Below, in pieces: positions 47,001-62,000 of a stretch of DNA of 64,000 bases. The translations under genes were made by a program, and so were the position numbers. Position 1 is the first letter of the stretch, and the number at the start of each line of letters is the position of its first letter. This DNA is from Antedon mediterranea. Taxonomy: Eukaryota > Animalia > Echinodermata. Below the pieces are notes generated by a model. It did no database searches. It saw nothing but the letters and a program-made list of their open reading frames with translations, and had not been told where the DNA came from. Where the stretch lies: the NCBI RefSeq assembly GCF_964355755.1, contig NC_092674.1, positions 27,094,001-27,158,000 on the forward strand, written 5' to 3'.

Positions 47001-50000
47001 GGCAATCAATTCTGTACAGGATGTCGAAAATGACAAGTCAAAGAATGAACAAGCAACTTAAATATTTCACCAAAACTGGATTTTAAATTTGCTAATATGA
47101 CATTTTTAAAGATATTTTGTTACATATTCTTTTATCGCGGCGATTTAAACCATTTAAATGGAATAATTTCTCCCTGTTTACACAATGATTAAAGTTTAGC
47201 CAGAACTATGAACTTTCTCTCCTCAGTATGTCAGTCACAAAGGGTAACAAAGGTGCCTAGCTGTCAGCCGTCTTAGGCTCCTAAAACTAGTCAAGTTTAA
47301 AAGGAATTGATGTGGTTTATTGTTCTGGGATCATGCCCTATACTGCCTGTCAGCTGAGTTCGCTACAAGTTCACTATTAAACCTCAGGTGAAGGTATCTG
47401 TAATTTACCTGAATACAATGTTGGTTGATATAATATACCATGGAGTAAAGAATAAGAGGAGACACAACTTGAATAGTTCAGTCAGTTCATCGTGTTTACC
47501 GCTTGCTTAAGGCTATGCTTGTAATGAGTATTTAAGGAGGTTCTAAACACTGCCGTTACGTAACCCAATTAGCAAAGAGTACAATGTTTACTGCCCGCGG
47601 TCAATTTTGGTGTTAGTACACATGCGTATTAGGACGTCACAATACTCTTGCTAGGCGATGTGCGTTCAAGCGTGAAAGGTGTACTATATACTGTTTGTAG
47701 ACCTACTGAACTTGTATTCCGACCTTGTTTATTAATTTTTATTAAAAAGCAGCGCTATATATATATTCTACTGGATATCTTTTATTAATAAATTAATAAT
47801 ACGAGTTTTATACGGCACCAATAAAGGAATTATATTTATATGGTTTACTGTGTACTAAATGTTGGTAATTTCTCCAGACAACTTATCATGAATCATGATG
47901 AATAAATGGGTTTAATAAGGACCAGTGGTGGTGCCAGCGGGGGGTTACGGGGGCTGTATCCCCTCGTCGTCTCCCCCCTCCTCCCCTCTTCCCCGTCTGG
48001 GAAACGCGAGTACTTTTCGTCGGGGAATATAATATACAGTAAAAATCATTCGCGTTCACTTCGTATAACTTCAGCGCCTAGAAAAACCGCGACGTTCCAT
48101 TTTTTTTAGTACTGTACGTTGCTTGGTGGAGCGGAGAGCAATTGCACTTTGCATGCATTATTGCCAGCGATCTAATAAACAATGATTAGGTACGCACTTG
48201 TCTGGCGGTTCCCCTTTGTACGAATTGTTTAACATTGGACCTGCTCCATTGCGGTTTACGTGTGATATCATGTTCCATCCAGGGACCAGAATGTGTACTG
48301 TACTAGTTACTTTCCAGGCGAAGTTTACAGCCGCATCAGTCGTGATCGACGTACGCAATACAGCAAAAGGGTACGAATAATGTTGGCGACCTATTGTTCG
48401 TATGTCCGATTTTTTAATTTTACGATTAACCGCTATGTACCGAACTGTACATAATCCTTTTATACAATGGCTTATAATTACAAAAGAGCATAGACTATAT
48501 TTGTAATTGAATTTTTAACCAACACATATCATTTGTAGTTGTTGTTACGGGTTGATACTAAACGAATATTCTCGTAGTACCGTACCATTTTATACCATAT
48601 TATATAATATTATAATAACGACCAACCGAAAACTAAAACTAATTGATTAATTTCTTCTTTAATAAAATATTACTACTATTTGTTTTCTAACGTTATTACA
48701 ATTATTAATATATTAATATAGACCTACATAAAAAAAACCTATTATTATTATTGATATTGTTTATTGTTACTATAGGCGCGCCTATGCCTGAACCTATTAG
48801 GCCTACCGGTTACGGTATGCACTAAATATGTCCATCATTATGGGATTAAATATTATCCTTATTTAGGCTATTTATTAAATAATAATATATTACGAACTAC
48901 TAGGCCTATGTGTAGCCACAAATCGTTAAACGATATATAATTTAAGTCCTACAAGTTCACTGAACTCTAAGTATGTGATCGTAAAAATCATATATTTTAT
49001 GATATTAATATCATAAATAATTTAATTATACAATATCAGACTAAAATAGAAGAATGTTAGTTTTGCTAAACAGTCATAATATAGACTGAAACATAAATTA
49101 AATGTCATATACAGTAATAAAAATAAGAAATTGTGTCGTTGGAATTCTACTATACGTATATTTTTGAATATTCATGAGAACAAATTATATAATTTTTTTC
49201 ATGCGCGCATTTGCGCGCACTAAAATGTGATTTTAAAATAAGTTGGAGTCTTTAATATGCTACAAAATGCACTAGGGTTCGTAAATTAAAAAGTTGCTTA
49301 AACGGTAAAATTTCGATTTACCAAATGATACGTCTATGGCTTGATAAAAAATATGATTAATTTGTTAGCTGGTATAAAAACTGCGATATCTCCGTGAAAA
49401 TTTACTCGATTTTTAAACGGTTTTTTCGAGAAAAAAGCTCAAAGAACAATGAACAACTGCACAAAGGTCATGCTTCACTATGATGTATTAGAAACTACTG
49501 CGCAGCCTCTGTTTACTTTTTTTGTCACCGATGTCATGCCTGGCTTCTTCCTTAATTAGGGTGTTACGTAATCAGAGCCGACTCTGCAGCGAGCTGCACG
49601 GGTAAACAGGATGTTCTTCAAAGGATCGTTATGGGAAGTTTATTACCCTATGCTTAAGCACTACCGCACAGCGTGATACTAATTGGATTAACTGGATAGC
49701 TAGGCCGAGTTGTGCCTCCTCTTATTCTTTACTCCATGAATATACTATATTATTCTCTGAATCAAATCCAGTTGTCAGTTGAATCCTCTTTGAGTTCATC
49801 ATGACAGGAATCTGAATAGGTTATTTGTACTATGAGGTTGTAGATGTCAGATGTCAGTTAGGGTGAAAGCGTATATGACATGGATGTACACAATCCCAAA
49901 AGATGGATCAGTCTTATTTTGAGGATGTAGAATATAAGAAATATTAAACAAGAACTTGCATTAAAGCCCCATTCCCTACGTTTTTTAGATCTAATTTAAG

Positions 50001-53000
50001 ATCACAAACTATATTTAATGTAAAAATAATACTATATGGTCCTATTGCGATAACTTTTTTCGTCTTTAAACGGTTAAAAATGTGAAAAATAAATCGATTT
50101 TAATAATTATAGCGGCCCGCTATAAATCCCAAAATGCATTGCGCGCGGATTGATATTTTTGTTTTTCACCTGTAATTCGCCCACTTTTCGATCGATCGTG
50201 AAGCCAAAACAAATGGAAGACTCCTAACTTTTCAGCGAAAATACCGGGTGTTCCCCAATTTGTATCAACGGAGTCTGGCAAAAATAGAAAGACAATTAAT
50301 GCAGCAACTATACAACGTCAGCCTAGGTATATAGCTAGCGTACGATGTTCGTACGTTACCGATGTTTACCAGCTAGGCCTACAAAACTAAGCCTAGCTAG
50401 GCTAGGCCTGAGACTGTCCACGAGAGGTCGATCGCCGCGAGCTACTTAGGTAGTGCATTGTTTCTCACTTTTTATCATAATTTACCATAAAACGTACATT
50501 TAAGACAAGGAATGACATGGTTTAATGTTTTTAAAGTGATATATATGTATTATTTTCCAAAAAACGTCCAAAATTGCAGGGAAAGGGTCTTTAAGTTTTA
50601 AGTTTGATCCTATTTCATGAAGTTCTTGCTATGGTAGTTTATGATGAGAAAGATATGCATAATAGTATATAATTATTTTTTCACTTTTATTTCAATAGCT
50701 ATTGTTAAAGTTAAAGGTATTGTTAATTTTTTATCTTAGGCTCAGTTGATATTTCTTCTATAGAAGCTGTATAGTTTAAGTACTGTTGCTGTAGTATAAC
50801 TTTATATGCAAAAAGTAACTAGATTTTGAACTCACCACTAGGACAAATTATGTTTTACAGGAAAACGCAACTTATAAAATGCACTTTGCTAAACCTAGCA
50901 CCACCATGAGATATGATTGTGATTTGGTGGCGCTCTCTGATATCAATATTCGCAGATACCGCAATATGATCAGGTGTAATACAGGTAACAAAAGATATTA
51001 TAAGCCCTGAGGTGTTGCTAGTCTAGGCCCTCTTACATAAAAACTTTAGGCTCCAGCCTTCCATTCCAATTTGTTCCACATGATTAAGGCATGTCAATAG
51101 TCTTTTGTATGGGAAATACTTTATACATTTTAATGATACCTCTTTAGTAATTCTTCACTAACCTCTCTGAAATTTATAGGTCATCATTATTGTTTAGCAT
51201 GATAAATAAAATTGTTACAATTTAACAACATAACAATAAGTACTATGAAATGAAGTCTATTCTAATGGTATTTAGTGTAAATAGTTAGTGATGAATGTTT
51301 TTCAAGTCTTTGGTCATCAAATATGTCAATATTAAAAAATAAACGAATAAGATAAATTCAAACAAAATGTATTTCACCAAAAAAGTATTCAAGAATATTC
51401 TAAAATATTATCTATAGATCGTAAGGGCCAAATTGTTTTTAAAATTTTTTCTTAAATGTACAGACTCCATGTTGTTATCGAACAGAGGTGTGTAGCCATT
51501 CCACTACCACTAGTCCAGTCCAATAAATAAAATAGAGGCTCTCAATCATATTAAACTTTTCAAGGTACAGTAAGATCACAAGATGTCTGTGCCTATTTTT
51601 TCGAACGGAACTCCTAAGTTTAACAACAAAACCGGTCAGGATTAAATGTAATATATCTCCGTCCGTGAGAAGTATTACAAAATATCAATCATAAGGGCCA
51701 TGTTACAATTCAAGGATATAAAAATCAACGGACAGTTTTATTTTGACCGATAATATATCTCTTTACCGAAAAAATACAGACCCCCTAAGTTCTCCCAGAG
51801 CGACGAATCCATTTAGGATTAATTACCATATATCATAGAGCATTACTCTATTACTGGACAAATTAGCCACTAACGTCCACTAATGTCCAGTAACGGATGT
51901 GAAAAATCAAACCGTAATCCCAATTTCTCAAATCATCATTCACTCCCTCTCCTACCTTGGCTTCAGATATTAATTTTCTCTGGCAGCTCAAGGTAAATCA
52001 CTACTTTTTTTTTTTTTAAATCATCCCCAGGAAAATCCCACACTCTTTGATTGTAAATCAATTTCTGACACATGTATGAGAACTCTCTTTTTGATGACAT
52101 TTCTTATAAATTAGCAATTAATAAAAGTCTACAGTTAATGATTAAGCAAAGACGGCCCATAAAAGTACAAATTAACTTATTAAGAAACAATTGTACAAAC
52201 AAATCATTTAGGCAATTTTATGTACTTCCACAATTTAACAATCATTAATCATTATGTGTCACACAGAATTATCAATAGTGTTCTCATCACAGATATCTGA
52301 AAGAATCCATAAAATTACAGATTGAACTGTTAGAACAAAAGTCATCTAATTTTATGTACTATATCTCCACATACTGTATCTCTCCTCAGCTTGTGCTATT
52401 TCCTTTGATCCTTTTGTTATGTTATTCATATTTGTACATTAAAGTTATCAATAACCAATAGTATCATATGCAAATTCTAAACACAACGTCACACATGTAT
52501 CACATGTGATGCCTATATTATATTGGTTGGATTAGACTATGATACAGGCATCACATGTGTTGAGGCACAGCATTACAAAATCCACATATGATATTGGACA
52601 CATTATAATATACTGTATAGATAATTTTTAAATATTGATTATTGCATTACGAGTGTTATAGCAGTGGCAGACATGTATAACAGATTTTATGTAATAATAC
52701 TTTGAAATGACCAAAGAAAGACAAGTCGTAAAAATGAACATTAAACAATTAGTAGAAATTACACTACCAGATTTTTAGGAAATTTACATTCCATATAAGT
52801 AGTAATTCTTTTCCAATAGCAATAAAATCATGATTGCAGCTAACATACTTTTATATCAACACATTGAAGGCAATAATACTTAATCACTAAAGAAAAGACA
52901 GGCCATAAAAAGGAACATTAAATAATTAAAAAGAAATTACACTACCAGATTTGTTAGACCTTCTAAACTCATCCCCTGAAACATCCTACATTCCTTGTAG

Positions 53001-56000
53001 TAAATCTTATTTGTTATATGTTCTAGAAATGTGAAGTTCTAACATGTTTATTACTTATTATATAACACCTATATAAATTCCTGTCATTTGATTGGACGAA
53101 TGTGGGTCACATGGCGTGCAATAGTACGCACTATTCAACGATCGTTAAATAGTACTTTTTGAAACATTTTTGTGTACGAAAAAAAAACGTCTAGATGTTA
53201 TATAAAACAAATAATGAATGTTTTGTATTCGTGTAATGGTACAAATAATGGCACTTGGTGAATGATGAAAGGTTATATCAACTCGGCTTTGCCTCGTTGA
53301 TATAACCTTTCATCATTCACCTCGTGCCATTATTTGTACCATTGCACTCATAAACATTCATTATTTGTATAATAATTAACAACTTTGCATCATTTTCAAT
53401 AAACTTAATCACTAACCAAAAGACAGGCCATAAAAGTGAACATTAAACTATTAGTAAGAAATTATACCAACAGACATTTTGGACAATAAAAACAGAATCC
53501 TAGACAATATGCTGTAAATCTTTTCTAGCCACAATTTTCAAAATGTAGTTAAATTCAAACACAACTGCAACTAATAACTAAGGAAAGGATAGATCATAAA
53601 ATATATTTAAAATAATTTTATTATTAACCCAATTATTTTCATAAATAAGCTGAAAATCAGAACCCAAACATTCACTTGAGCTAGGCCTATTTACTAGCAC
53701 TTTTATTGTTGGTTCTAGTTTAAAAAGCCCACTTAAAAAGGCTTTGTTCAAATCCTACGAACTCCTAGCTACGGGTTCGACAATGTTTTACGTGCAATTT
53801 ATCAGTTTCTATGTCGACTTATTTAAACCACATTTGACTAAATGAACATGTACGTCCTCACTTCCAAGTGGGCTTGTTAAATGTATATTGCATTTGTACA
53901 TCATCGCGGATGTAAAAAGCCTCGGTTGTAAACATTCAAATTGCAAAAGCCATTTAACGATTCACGTATTCTACTCAAGTTGACCCCTTATTTGGGTTTT
54001 TCTATGAAATGGTTTTGAAGTATTAGAACATTCAATGAATGCTGTGGTAGTTTTGTTTATGTCATGAATAGTGAAGGCATGTTCTATCATAATTACTGTA
54101 CATATCCTTTCATTCAATTTTTAGCAATTCTTAAAGATAAAAACTAAAACTTATTTATCTATAAACTATAGCTTTTAAATTTAAATTTAAATGACAGCAA
54201 TGTATTAATTATAATAATATCCTGGATTTATAAAGCGCCTAATATTGTGAAATCATCATTGATTGATAAACAAATTTGTATGACATTTCACTCAACATCC
54301 TTTTATTATCTATGTTTATCTATTATTACTATGACCCCTACCACTACTATTTCAATTAAATGTGGATTTTTGTTTGTTTTATCTTTATACTGGGTGACCT
54401 CTTCAGTCAAAGACTGATCTCCCAGAGGGCCCAGTTGGTGATCAGTGGCCGTGATGTACTAGTACACCGGGGTAACCCCCTACTCGTCTCGAAAGATGTA
54501 CTAGGTTCTTTAAAGTGCACACGAGCAAGTTGTGTACACTGGACCTACGGTTTATAGTCCTTATCCGAGAAGACTCGTTCTACCACCAGAACCATGGAGT
54601 GAGTGAGCCTCGAACCCCTGCCGATGTTATGGCTACGTGATTACGGTTCCACTGTCTTAACCGCTCGGCCACTCACTCACTCTGTGAGTGGGGGATCGGA
54701 AGTTAAGAACGATTGTATTTATAGTTAAAGCCAACATGATATATGAAGCAGATAAACAGATATAATAAATATTAAAAAAAATCACATTGCCACCTTCAAT
54801 GTACTTTTCTTCAATGTTTTAATACTAAACTGATTTAGATAAACCCCTGGGCAATGATTTCTGCTAGATTAAACTCTGTGTTTAACTACAGCCTCTAAAA
54901 AAGCATGAGTTTGCAACAGTTGCGTACACTGTTACAATTTGTTCGTAATCCTTTTACATGATTTCTATACGTTTTAGAATACAGCTTTGTTGTGTGATAC
55001 GCCCAGCTTGCAACAGCAGGCAGGCTTCTCCTAAACCTCTTAACACATTTAGCTATTGAAGAAGCAGACGGTAGCGTGAAAAATGATAGTTAAGATTTTA
55101 TGTCACTTCAGTGGAATTAATCAAATTAATTTTTAGTTACTGAAGCTAAGTTTAATAAATAACAATACATTCAAATTGATTACAACAACATTTGAATCAT
55201 TTCTCACCAACAAACAAGAAGACTGATCATTTACCAAGATGGGTGAACCAAATAACTAACCATTTGTATAAATGAATAAAAAGTATATTCTATCATTCAT
55301 AGCCATTAAACAGTGGCGAATCCAGGATTTTTAAATATGACCCAAAAGTCGTGAACTGAGCCTAATGTCCAATCTTTTGCTTTGTAATGTTCTGCGTCTT
55401 ACCTCCTGGAACCACCTATAGGACTAATATTTGATAATAAATGCACACATTACCATACCAATGATAAATTTATTTTTAAATACCTTAATTTGAATGAAGC
55501 CTACAAGATTCTAAAACGTATTTTCTTGTTACATAATGCAGTCTTCACAAATAAAAAAAAAATCACCATACTGGAATGTGGAAACAGAAGGTCAAACTAC
55601 TAATTATTTCAGAAAAGACTCTTCTTTTTATCATCTTAGTATTCATATTAATCACTACCGTACATCACACAATAATACATATTAATCATAGGGTGTTAAG
55701 AGAAGCAACCTTCTGTGTACTATAGTTTGTTTCAACTTTGAACAATACTAGATATTTTTTTACAATGATTGTTTGGAACCCTGTTGGTTCGTAGACTTAA
55801 CATCAATATCAAGGTATAAATACATTGATGGTTTTCATTCGTATTGACCCCGATATGTCGTTAGTTATCACGGCTTTATACATTAATTGACATTGATATC
55901 AGTATTATGATAATGGTTGGTCCAATTAAAAAGGAAAGGACTTTCTTCCAGTTAAGTAATATTTTCTATGGCATTCAATGGCATACAGTTTTGTTTAATA

Positions 56001-59000
56001 AAACCAAAATCCACACCAAAAAATAAAAATTGTTTTCATTGTTTTGCCTTGTATAATTTATATATAAAACCATGGAGCAAAAAATGTTTATTAAATTATA
56101 ATGAGGTTACTATTAACATGATTTGTACAAGTATACATCTGCCAGTACAAAAAATAAAATACTTTTCTTAATAATTAATCCATCTTAATATTTAATATTA
56201 ATAATCCAGATTAAGTATTTAATAAAGGAGCATCTGCCAACTAGACTAATCAAATTATTCATCCCAATTAACTAATCTGAAGATTAAATTTTATTTTTCA
56301 CATCAATTGATACAATGCATTTAATAAAAAAATGTATTTTTAAGTTTACTTAAGATTGCCAGAATAAATCATTATCTGATCTTCATCTTTTAAGAGACAT
56401 ATTTTTCATTTATAATATAAGACCTTCCCTACAAATTTAGAATTTAATTCATGATTATATACTTCTACAAACTATTTAAAGTTAAAAATATTAAACTAAA
56501 TTGGACAAAAAGGAAGGGAAAACCACATTTAAAAACTTTCACATTTTTTTTAGAATTGTATAAATTTCTTACGGCAAGTCTCAACAAAGTTTCCTTTTAG
56601 TTAAGCAAACATTGATTGTGTACTAAAAGGGTTATGCTAAATTCAAATCTCAAAACCCCCTCAGCAAGATATATACAGTATTCTTTATATTCTAAGCAAA
56701 TTATGTGCTTATTTGTTATTGAAGGCCGATATGGTTCTAAGCCCTATTGATTAGGTGCGTAAGAGCCTCTTGTCTCCCTGGCTTAGCAGACGCTTAAGCC
56801 TTGGTCGGGGACAATACAGATTACAAGACAAACAAAAACACAACCAAATAAACCTGCCTTCATCTATGTAGTCTCACAAAGAAGTTATATTGGATAATTG
56901 ATTTTCTTGATTTTTATGTGTCTTGTAATTTTGATAGTTGCAATTGTAAAAAAAATACACTAAACTTCAACAAGTCATAAATAATAATAGATTTCAATAA
57001 AAAATTTGAAAAAAAAAAAGATTTTAAATATATTTTTTTAAAAATAACACTCACAAAGGAACGTTGTCCATGCAGGTATGTTTCACATAATTAATTTGAC
57101 AAACTGTCGATGGAAGTATAGAGGGCAGTATTGAAGCTCGTACAGTATTTATTGATAATTGTTTACAAATCAAAATTACTTGCTTCCTAATTATATCCTC
57201 CATTACAATACGTATAGTGAAAATTGAGCAATAGTGAATAATCAAACACACATACTACAATTATACTCAATGAATTGCTTAAAGTATGCAAATGACCTCT
57301 AGGTCGTAGTTGACCATTGTCTATTGATTGTGAAGAAGACAAATGAAGATAATTATTAGGTTGTAGACATTGGTTTGATTGACTAGGCTAAATCCCTCGA
57401 CTTGTTGACTATTCAAAGTGAATGGAAAGCAGATTCATTCTCCAATTCATTATTGAATATTTTAACTGTTTAATGTGAGATATATGGTAATTATATCCCT
57501 GTAATGATCAGTCTCTCCTTAGAAATTGTTGAAGAGTAGTACTAAAATTATGTCAAATTATTTATCCAAAAATACTTCACACCAAAATACTGAATAGAAA
57601 CATTTTTATTTTCGTATTTTTGCGAAAATATAAAATAATTTTTTTCAGCTGCTGCTTTTACTTTTTTTTGCGAGCTTTTCCAACTTTTCAAAGTCCTTGA
57701 TTGGCAGCAAAGAATTATAATAATAAAAAATAATTTGTTTTTCATATTTGCTAAAACATATTTGATAAAGATGTCATGACAGGATAACAACCAGGTATGA
57801 CCTCTAGTGACCTTTTATTGATTATGTTATCTAGAGCGTTGCATAAGATTATTATTATTCCTATTATTCACTTGTCATAGCATATAGAAACGTTGAGCAA
57901 GATTGATGCATTTCAAACCACAGAATAATAAAGCTTTAAAACTAGCTTTAAAATGCCTGCTTCTGCTCACATTGTGGATAACAATTATACACTTTACGAA
58001 ATATTTCTAGGATTTTAACAATGTTTAGGTTGAGTTCACATTTTAATAGTAGCTTCTGTGTTCTGGTTCATTTAAATTCTATATCAAATAACAAACGGGT
58101 CTGAACCATCGGTGACTTCATTTTAAACACTCTCTGCCGAACTGTCCTACATTTCTTAAACTTTAGAAAAACTAACTCTCACATTTCATTTAAAAGTTTA
58201 CTGGGCATGTATTAATAATGTAGTTGACTCATAATTCATAAATTTGAACCCAAAAAAATCTACCTATATTTTATGACCACTCTTTATTATCACGGTTGGA
58301 AATAAATCTACCTCCAAGAAACATATTTCATATAAACACCCAACAAAAACAACACTTTTTATCCTGAGTATAACTACCTTGTTTGTGAACCAGAAAATTA
58401 TACCACCTCTGACAGAACATAAGGTAGCAATCGATTTCCTCCTAATACTTCTTTAAAAACAAACTTTGGATCACTTTTCTGAAACTAAGCGTAGAGAACA
58501 CAAACTTGACAAATATACTATGGGAAAGGTATCACTATTCCTATTGATGGCCGTGACATCAAACTTATTGGAGATTTGTTTATAATTTGAAAAACAAATC
58601 GGCATTAAGTGGTGTGAAAATGTCAAGTAATCAACCGCTAAGAGATCAATGCTAATGGTAATTTCTAGCTGGTATTTTGACCTAGATACAATTTCATATC
58701 CAAACAACGACAATGACAGAGTACCGTAGGAGGTAGTGATTCTCATATATAAAATAGTATATGATTAGTATTGTCATGTGACTACATGAAAAACAGCTGG
58801 AATACAAGTAGATTAACATACATTGTTGATAAATATGAAATTTAATCAAATAAATGGGGAAATTATCGAATCATATTATAAATATATGGGAAAATGTCAT
58901 CTTATCCGTACAGTACTTGGCAAAGAAGACAGGGGCAAAGGGGGCTTTTTTTCTTCTCCTTTCAATTTCAATGTACTGTAGGCTCACACACTAACAGTAA

Positions 59001-62000
59001 CAATCACATAAATAGCCTATTTATCACACATCACATTCACTATCACAAATATGTCATATACCACCAGTACACATAATATTTTGTTTGTTTTATCAGTACA
59101 TTTACAAACTGTAGGCCTAAACGAAATATTTCACATTGTTTTCTATTTTCATCAAAACCTGTTATCAGCCAACATCTACTTGCTGTAATTTTAATCTTCA
59201 TATTAGCAAATTATTTGAATAAAAAAACTACAAAAAGTAAACAGAATGCAGGAAGTATTAAGAAATGAGTATAAAAGATAAAACCGTCCCTTCGGCAACA
59301 TGAACCCCGTATTATTTCAAGCGTTTTCTTCTGAGCCTCCCAACCGTAAGCAATTTACCTGAGCAGGTAGGTTGGTATGTCATATTACCTTGCAAAGTCT
59401 GGAAGGCCAAGGACCTATACAAGTTTTGTTATTGGCCTAAAAATCTAATTAATTGAGCGGTTTTGAACATACAAACAAAATTAAATGGGCTGTGAATTTT
59501 AAGGACTATAAATATATATAATTATTCTGCAGTATTGAATCACAAAATGTTTAATAAAAGGGGAATCAGTTTATTAAAATCACCACAAACCAAGTTTAGC
59601 ACCTTTTGGGGTGGGGTAACAAATAGGATGTCTCCAAATTTAGTAGTGATATGCTTACATATGGTAGTGACATCATGTCCATTGGGCACATCACATTTTT
59701 TTGTCACATAAAGTGTGATACTGTGGACAGAGCTTTAGAAATGCATAATGAGAATATCACATCATTTTAAAATTACATTTGAAAGTTAGGAAAGTAGAAC
59801 GCATTTGAATAAGTTCAGATAACATAAACAAATTACTATATACATATATATTACAAAAGTTAAATTTACTGGATTGTCCAACCAAATCATATGAACCAAT
59901 AATTAATTTTCCTTTCCGCTTTATGTACAATGCGTCTGCACATATAATGCTAGAACACATTCACTCGAAGAATGTTGTAAAACAAACAAGTTTAACATAG
60001 CTATGGCAACATGAAGTTGAACGTACTTGCTGTATTAATTACCACAAGTCTCATGGGTTAAGGTCTTGTGATAGGTCACCCTGTACATGACCCATGGGCG
60101 CCACCTATCATGAACATTTAAAGCACCATACACATTTTAGGTGTCGGTGTATCCTGTGCTAATAAACATACACAGTAGACACTTGTCAAAATAATCCAAT
60201 GCTGTTGCAATTTTGTAAGCGACAAAGTATGCATAATTTAAATAAAGGAAAAACATGATCTTGGTTGGGGATAAAATTCTGGATCATGATGTCACACAAA
60301 TTGAAATAAATAAATGACATGCCAAAGATAATGATAAAGAACTACATACATCTGTATAAACATTGAAGGTGGGTACTCAATCATCCATATTCTCTTATTA
60401 TTATGAATGGTAAGTTTATACGAATTATTCCTAATTCAACTACATGATTTTTGACAACTCAATTCTCTGCTATCTGAAGAACTAATTTAAAATGTGTTAT
60501 ATATACAGTAGTAGAATACTGACTAATAATTAGAGTATTACCAGTTAATAAATTATATTATATTAAAAATGTTTAAAGACAGCCAAATGATTGAAATGAA
60601 GAGTTTACACTTTTGCTGCTGCTATTTAGACAAACAAATCTTTTTCATAATAATTAGAACAGAATCAAGTTGTGCGCGATTTGTTATAAGTAAACACACA
60701 TTTCCATGTCAATGCAGGCATTTACTCTATAGTCATTTACATTTCTAATTATTTATTTTCATGGAGATCAACACAATGATATTTAATGGCAGTACGTTTA
60801 ACTATACTGACACCCTGATCAGAATCTAGTTGGGAATAATGTGACTGAACTCAAACTCAAGGGTTTATCCCATTCACGCAAATCACTACGCCCTTAAGGA
60901 AGGGCAGTGAACAAGGCTAACAAGAAGAAATCTTTATATAGTAGATTTAGTAAATATATAAACACCCAGAACTAAGATTATGTGTGGAAAATACTTGTAA
61001 AATCAAAGGAGTACTTCATTGTTGATACATTTGTGATTAAGTATTTGCTTCTAGCTATAATTTGCGTGCCAATTTTGAGGATTATAGATTGAGGATTGTA
61101 CCATTCAATTTCAAAGCGTATTTGTAATAAGAAACTACTTTAGGCGTATTGTTCAGTAGTCTGAACTCGGGTTAAATAAATTTCACCCTTTTTACAAATT
61201 ACCAGATTAACAGAATAATTTCCTAATATAAAACCACAAGTACTATAAGATTAAGATTTTAATCGGGTAGAATATAAAATAAAAAGATACATTTTCCCAC
61301 AGTGTTGTCACAAAAGGTTTACCTGTTTCCACATATTGGAAAATATTCAATTCAAATTTATTTCCTTTCTTTTTTTTATTATAAAACTATAACAATAAAA
61401 TAGTAAATGGCATTAACATAGGAAGGAGCTAGAAAAAAGTAAGATATATTATGCTGTGATTATATTGAATATTACAGAAACTAATAGTTGTATTTTTGTT
61501 TTGCAGGTTTCCCTCGGGAGAGTATGCGCTTTTGTCGGTTTATCCAAGCATGAAATAGAAAAAGGTAACATAACACTTACCAGCATCTCTTGCAGTGACT
61601 GTTAAGCTGTAAGTTTCTGTCGTTTCTCTATCTAAGGCTTGTTCAATGCTTATATATCCAGTAGAAGGGTCAATAGTGAAAAGAGCACTATCATAGCTGC
61701 CAACCAGGCTGTATGTAAGTTGACTGTTAGAATTGGAATCCAAGTCGGTGGCAGATATCTGGTTTATGATGACAGGAAGACTCTGGGCATTCTCTAACAC
61801 GTTGATTGTGTATGGAGAATCCTGGAAGACTGGTGTGTAGTCATTGACGTCGGAGATATCAATGTTGACGTTGGTGGTGGCATAAAGTGGTGATCTACTG
61901 CTATCTTCAGCTTGGATGGTGATTGTGTAACTGGATGTACGTTCGCGATCTAAACGATTCCTTGAGTACAGAATGCCTCTTGATGGATCAATACCAAAAT

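Noticed and set aside
47906-48380. Short ORFs inside the P-like element as transposase remnants
   Set aside because: No THAP, DDE or other recognisable motif.
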